Below are positions 62,415 through 64,000 of a DNA stretch of 64,000 nucleotides, in pieces (position 1 is the stretch's first letter; each line of letters opens with the position of its first letter). The notes beneath the pieces are model-generated. The model was given only the letters and a program-made list of their open reading frames with translations, ran no database searches and was not told where the DNA came from. The position numbers and the translations under genes are program-made. Source of the stretch: Squalus acanthias (lineage: Eukaryota); NCBI GenBank assembly GCA_030390025.1, contig JASTWF010000034.1, forward strand, positions 310,001 through 374,000. Reading direction: 5' to 3'.

Positions 62415-63050
62415 GGATTGGGAGGGGCTTGGCCGCTTTAACATTTTTCCACGCTGCTCTTTGATTGATTGGCTCCCTGCTCCTGTGTGATGTCACTTGG
62501 AAACAGGGCCCCGCCCCTGGTTACGGCCAATCAGTGGGATGTCAGTGTGGAAGGAGCTGGAGTGACAGCTGACACTGGCAGTGAGTTTAGTCCCAATAAA
62601 CAGGGCAAAGGGCTGAAAGGAACAATTTAATGTTAATGTAAGTAATTCAAATACACATTAATTGCAAATATAATGAAATTAGATACAATCCCAGTCACAA
62701 AAAGAGCCCCACTGTATTCCAGGTACTGGATCTGGGATTAATATGAATAATTTTTGTATTGACAGTCTCTGGGAGTGAGCAATATCTCAGGAAGGTGGAG
62801 AGAGAGAAGTCGAATCATCGCCACACTCACTGGGACTAGAGAAATGTCTCTGGTTTCACAGAGCAGATCTGGTGGGATCGAGATCCCCGGGTCGGAGACG
62901 GGATAAAACGGGAAGCTTCAACAATTATTGGAAAGGTGAGGAACTTTCCTGAGAATCCCATCAGTCCAGGATTTTGCTGAGGTGAGAGTCTAACCAGATA
63001 CTGGGAGCTGTTCAACATCTTCCATCAGGCTCGGCCTTGGATGTGGCAAG
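62415..63050 (+). other. Promoter/exon module, copy C
   Basis: Matches copies A and B; 1-bp deletion near 62885-62892 relative to copy B. Confidence 0.55.
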
Positions 63051-63660
63051 TTGAGCGGAGCTTAACTCGGAGATAAACCTTGCCCACACCTCACCCGGGA
63101 GTGTTTGACACTTACATGTAGAGGGATCTTAATTCTGTACTGACCCCATACTGTAACCGAGCTGGTTGTGCTTCATTGGGCAGTGTCAAGGGAACTGTAC
63201 GCTGTATTGAACACATGATGTATCAGAGTTGGTTGTGTTGATGAACCAAATTGGAGGGAACTTTACTCTGTATCTAATCCGTGCTGTACCTGCCCTGGGA
63301 GTGATTGGTGCTGCAGTGCAGAGGGAGCTTTACTCTGTATCTAACCCGTGCTGTACCTGCCTTGGGAATGTTTGGTGGGCAGTGTAGAAGGAGCTCTACT
63401 TTGTATCTAACCCACTGTACCTGCCCTGGGACTGTTTGGTGGGCAGTGTAGAAGAGGGAGCTTTACTTTGGATCTAACCCGTGCTGTACCTGCCCTGGGA
63501 ATGTTTGGTGGGCAGTGTAGAGGGAGCTTTACTTTGTATCTAACCCGTGCTGTACCTGCCCTGGGACTGTTAGGTGGGGCAGCGTAGAGGGAGCATAACA
63601 TTGTATCTAACCCACTGTACCTGCCCTGCAAGTATTTGATGAGAGCTTTACTCTGTAACA
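63050..63660 (+). repeat. 67-bp satellite, short array
   Basis: Inverted counterpart of 29870-30480. Confidence 0.85.
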
Positions 63661-63664
63661 GGAG

Positions 63665-64000
63665 ATTACATGGGGTAGACAGCACAGAACCAGGCCATTC
63701 GACCCAACCAGTCCATGCCAGCGTTTATGCTCCACTCGAGCCTCCTCCCGTCTTACCTCATCTAATTCTATCAGCGTAACCCTCTATTCCCTTCTCCCAC
63801 ATATGCTTATCTAACTGCCCCTTAAATGCATCAATACTATTCGCTTCAACCACTCCCTGTGGTAGCGAGTTCCACATTCTCACCACTCTCTGGGTAAAGA
63901 GGTTTCTTCTGAATTCCCTATTTGATTTCTTGGTGACTACCTTATATTGATGGCCTCTAATTTTGCTGTTCCCCACAGGTGGAAACATTCTCTCTGTATC
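63665..64000 (-). mobile_element. CR1 3' end running off the window
   Basis: ORF 63758-63988 nearly identical to 29504-29803. Confidence 0.88.

Overview
Eukaryotic, repeat-saturated vertebrate DNA. The TE repertoire (CR1 and L2 LINEs, DeuSINE-like SINEs, Penelope, Harbinger) and the GPCR family point to a cartilaginous fish (shark); species cannot be fixed from sequence alone. One apparently intact gene: a two-exon GPR139-like class A GPCR on the minus strand (exon 1 21280-21100, exon 2 3676-2775, 360 aa, 17.4-kb TE-filled intron). Also a C2H2 zinc-finger pseudogene behind a motif-rich CpG promoter, two decayed Harbinger transposons, LTR remnants, many nested LINEs/SINEs and several satellites. 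Notable structure: a ~24-unit, 27-bp-period array of YY1-type motifs in a CpG island; a fold-back Penelope insertion with two minimal hammerhead ribozymes and a 13-bp TSD, plus miniature versions; a 47-bp minisatellite amplified from a CR1 RT motif; tandem-duplicated splice donors after GPCR exon 1; a >8-kb inverted segmental duplication; and a triplicated promoter/exon module of unknown gene. TE boundaries are approximate (read by eye).
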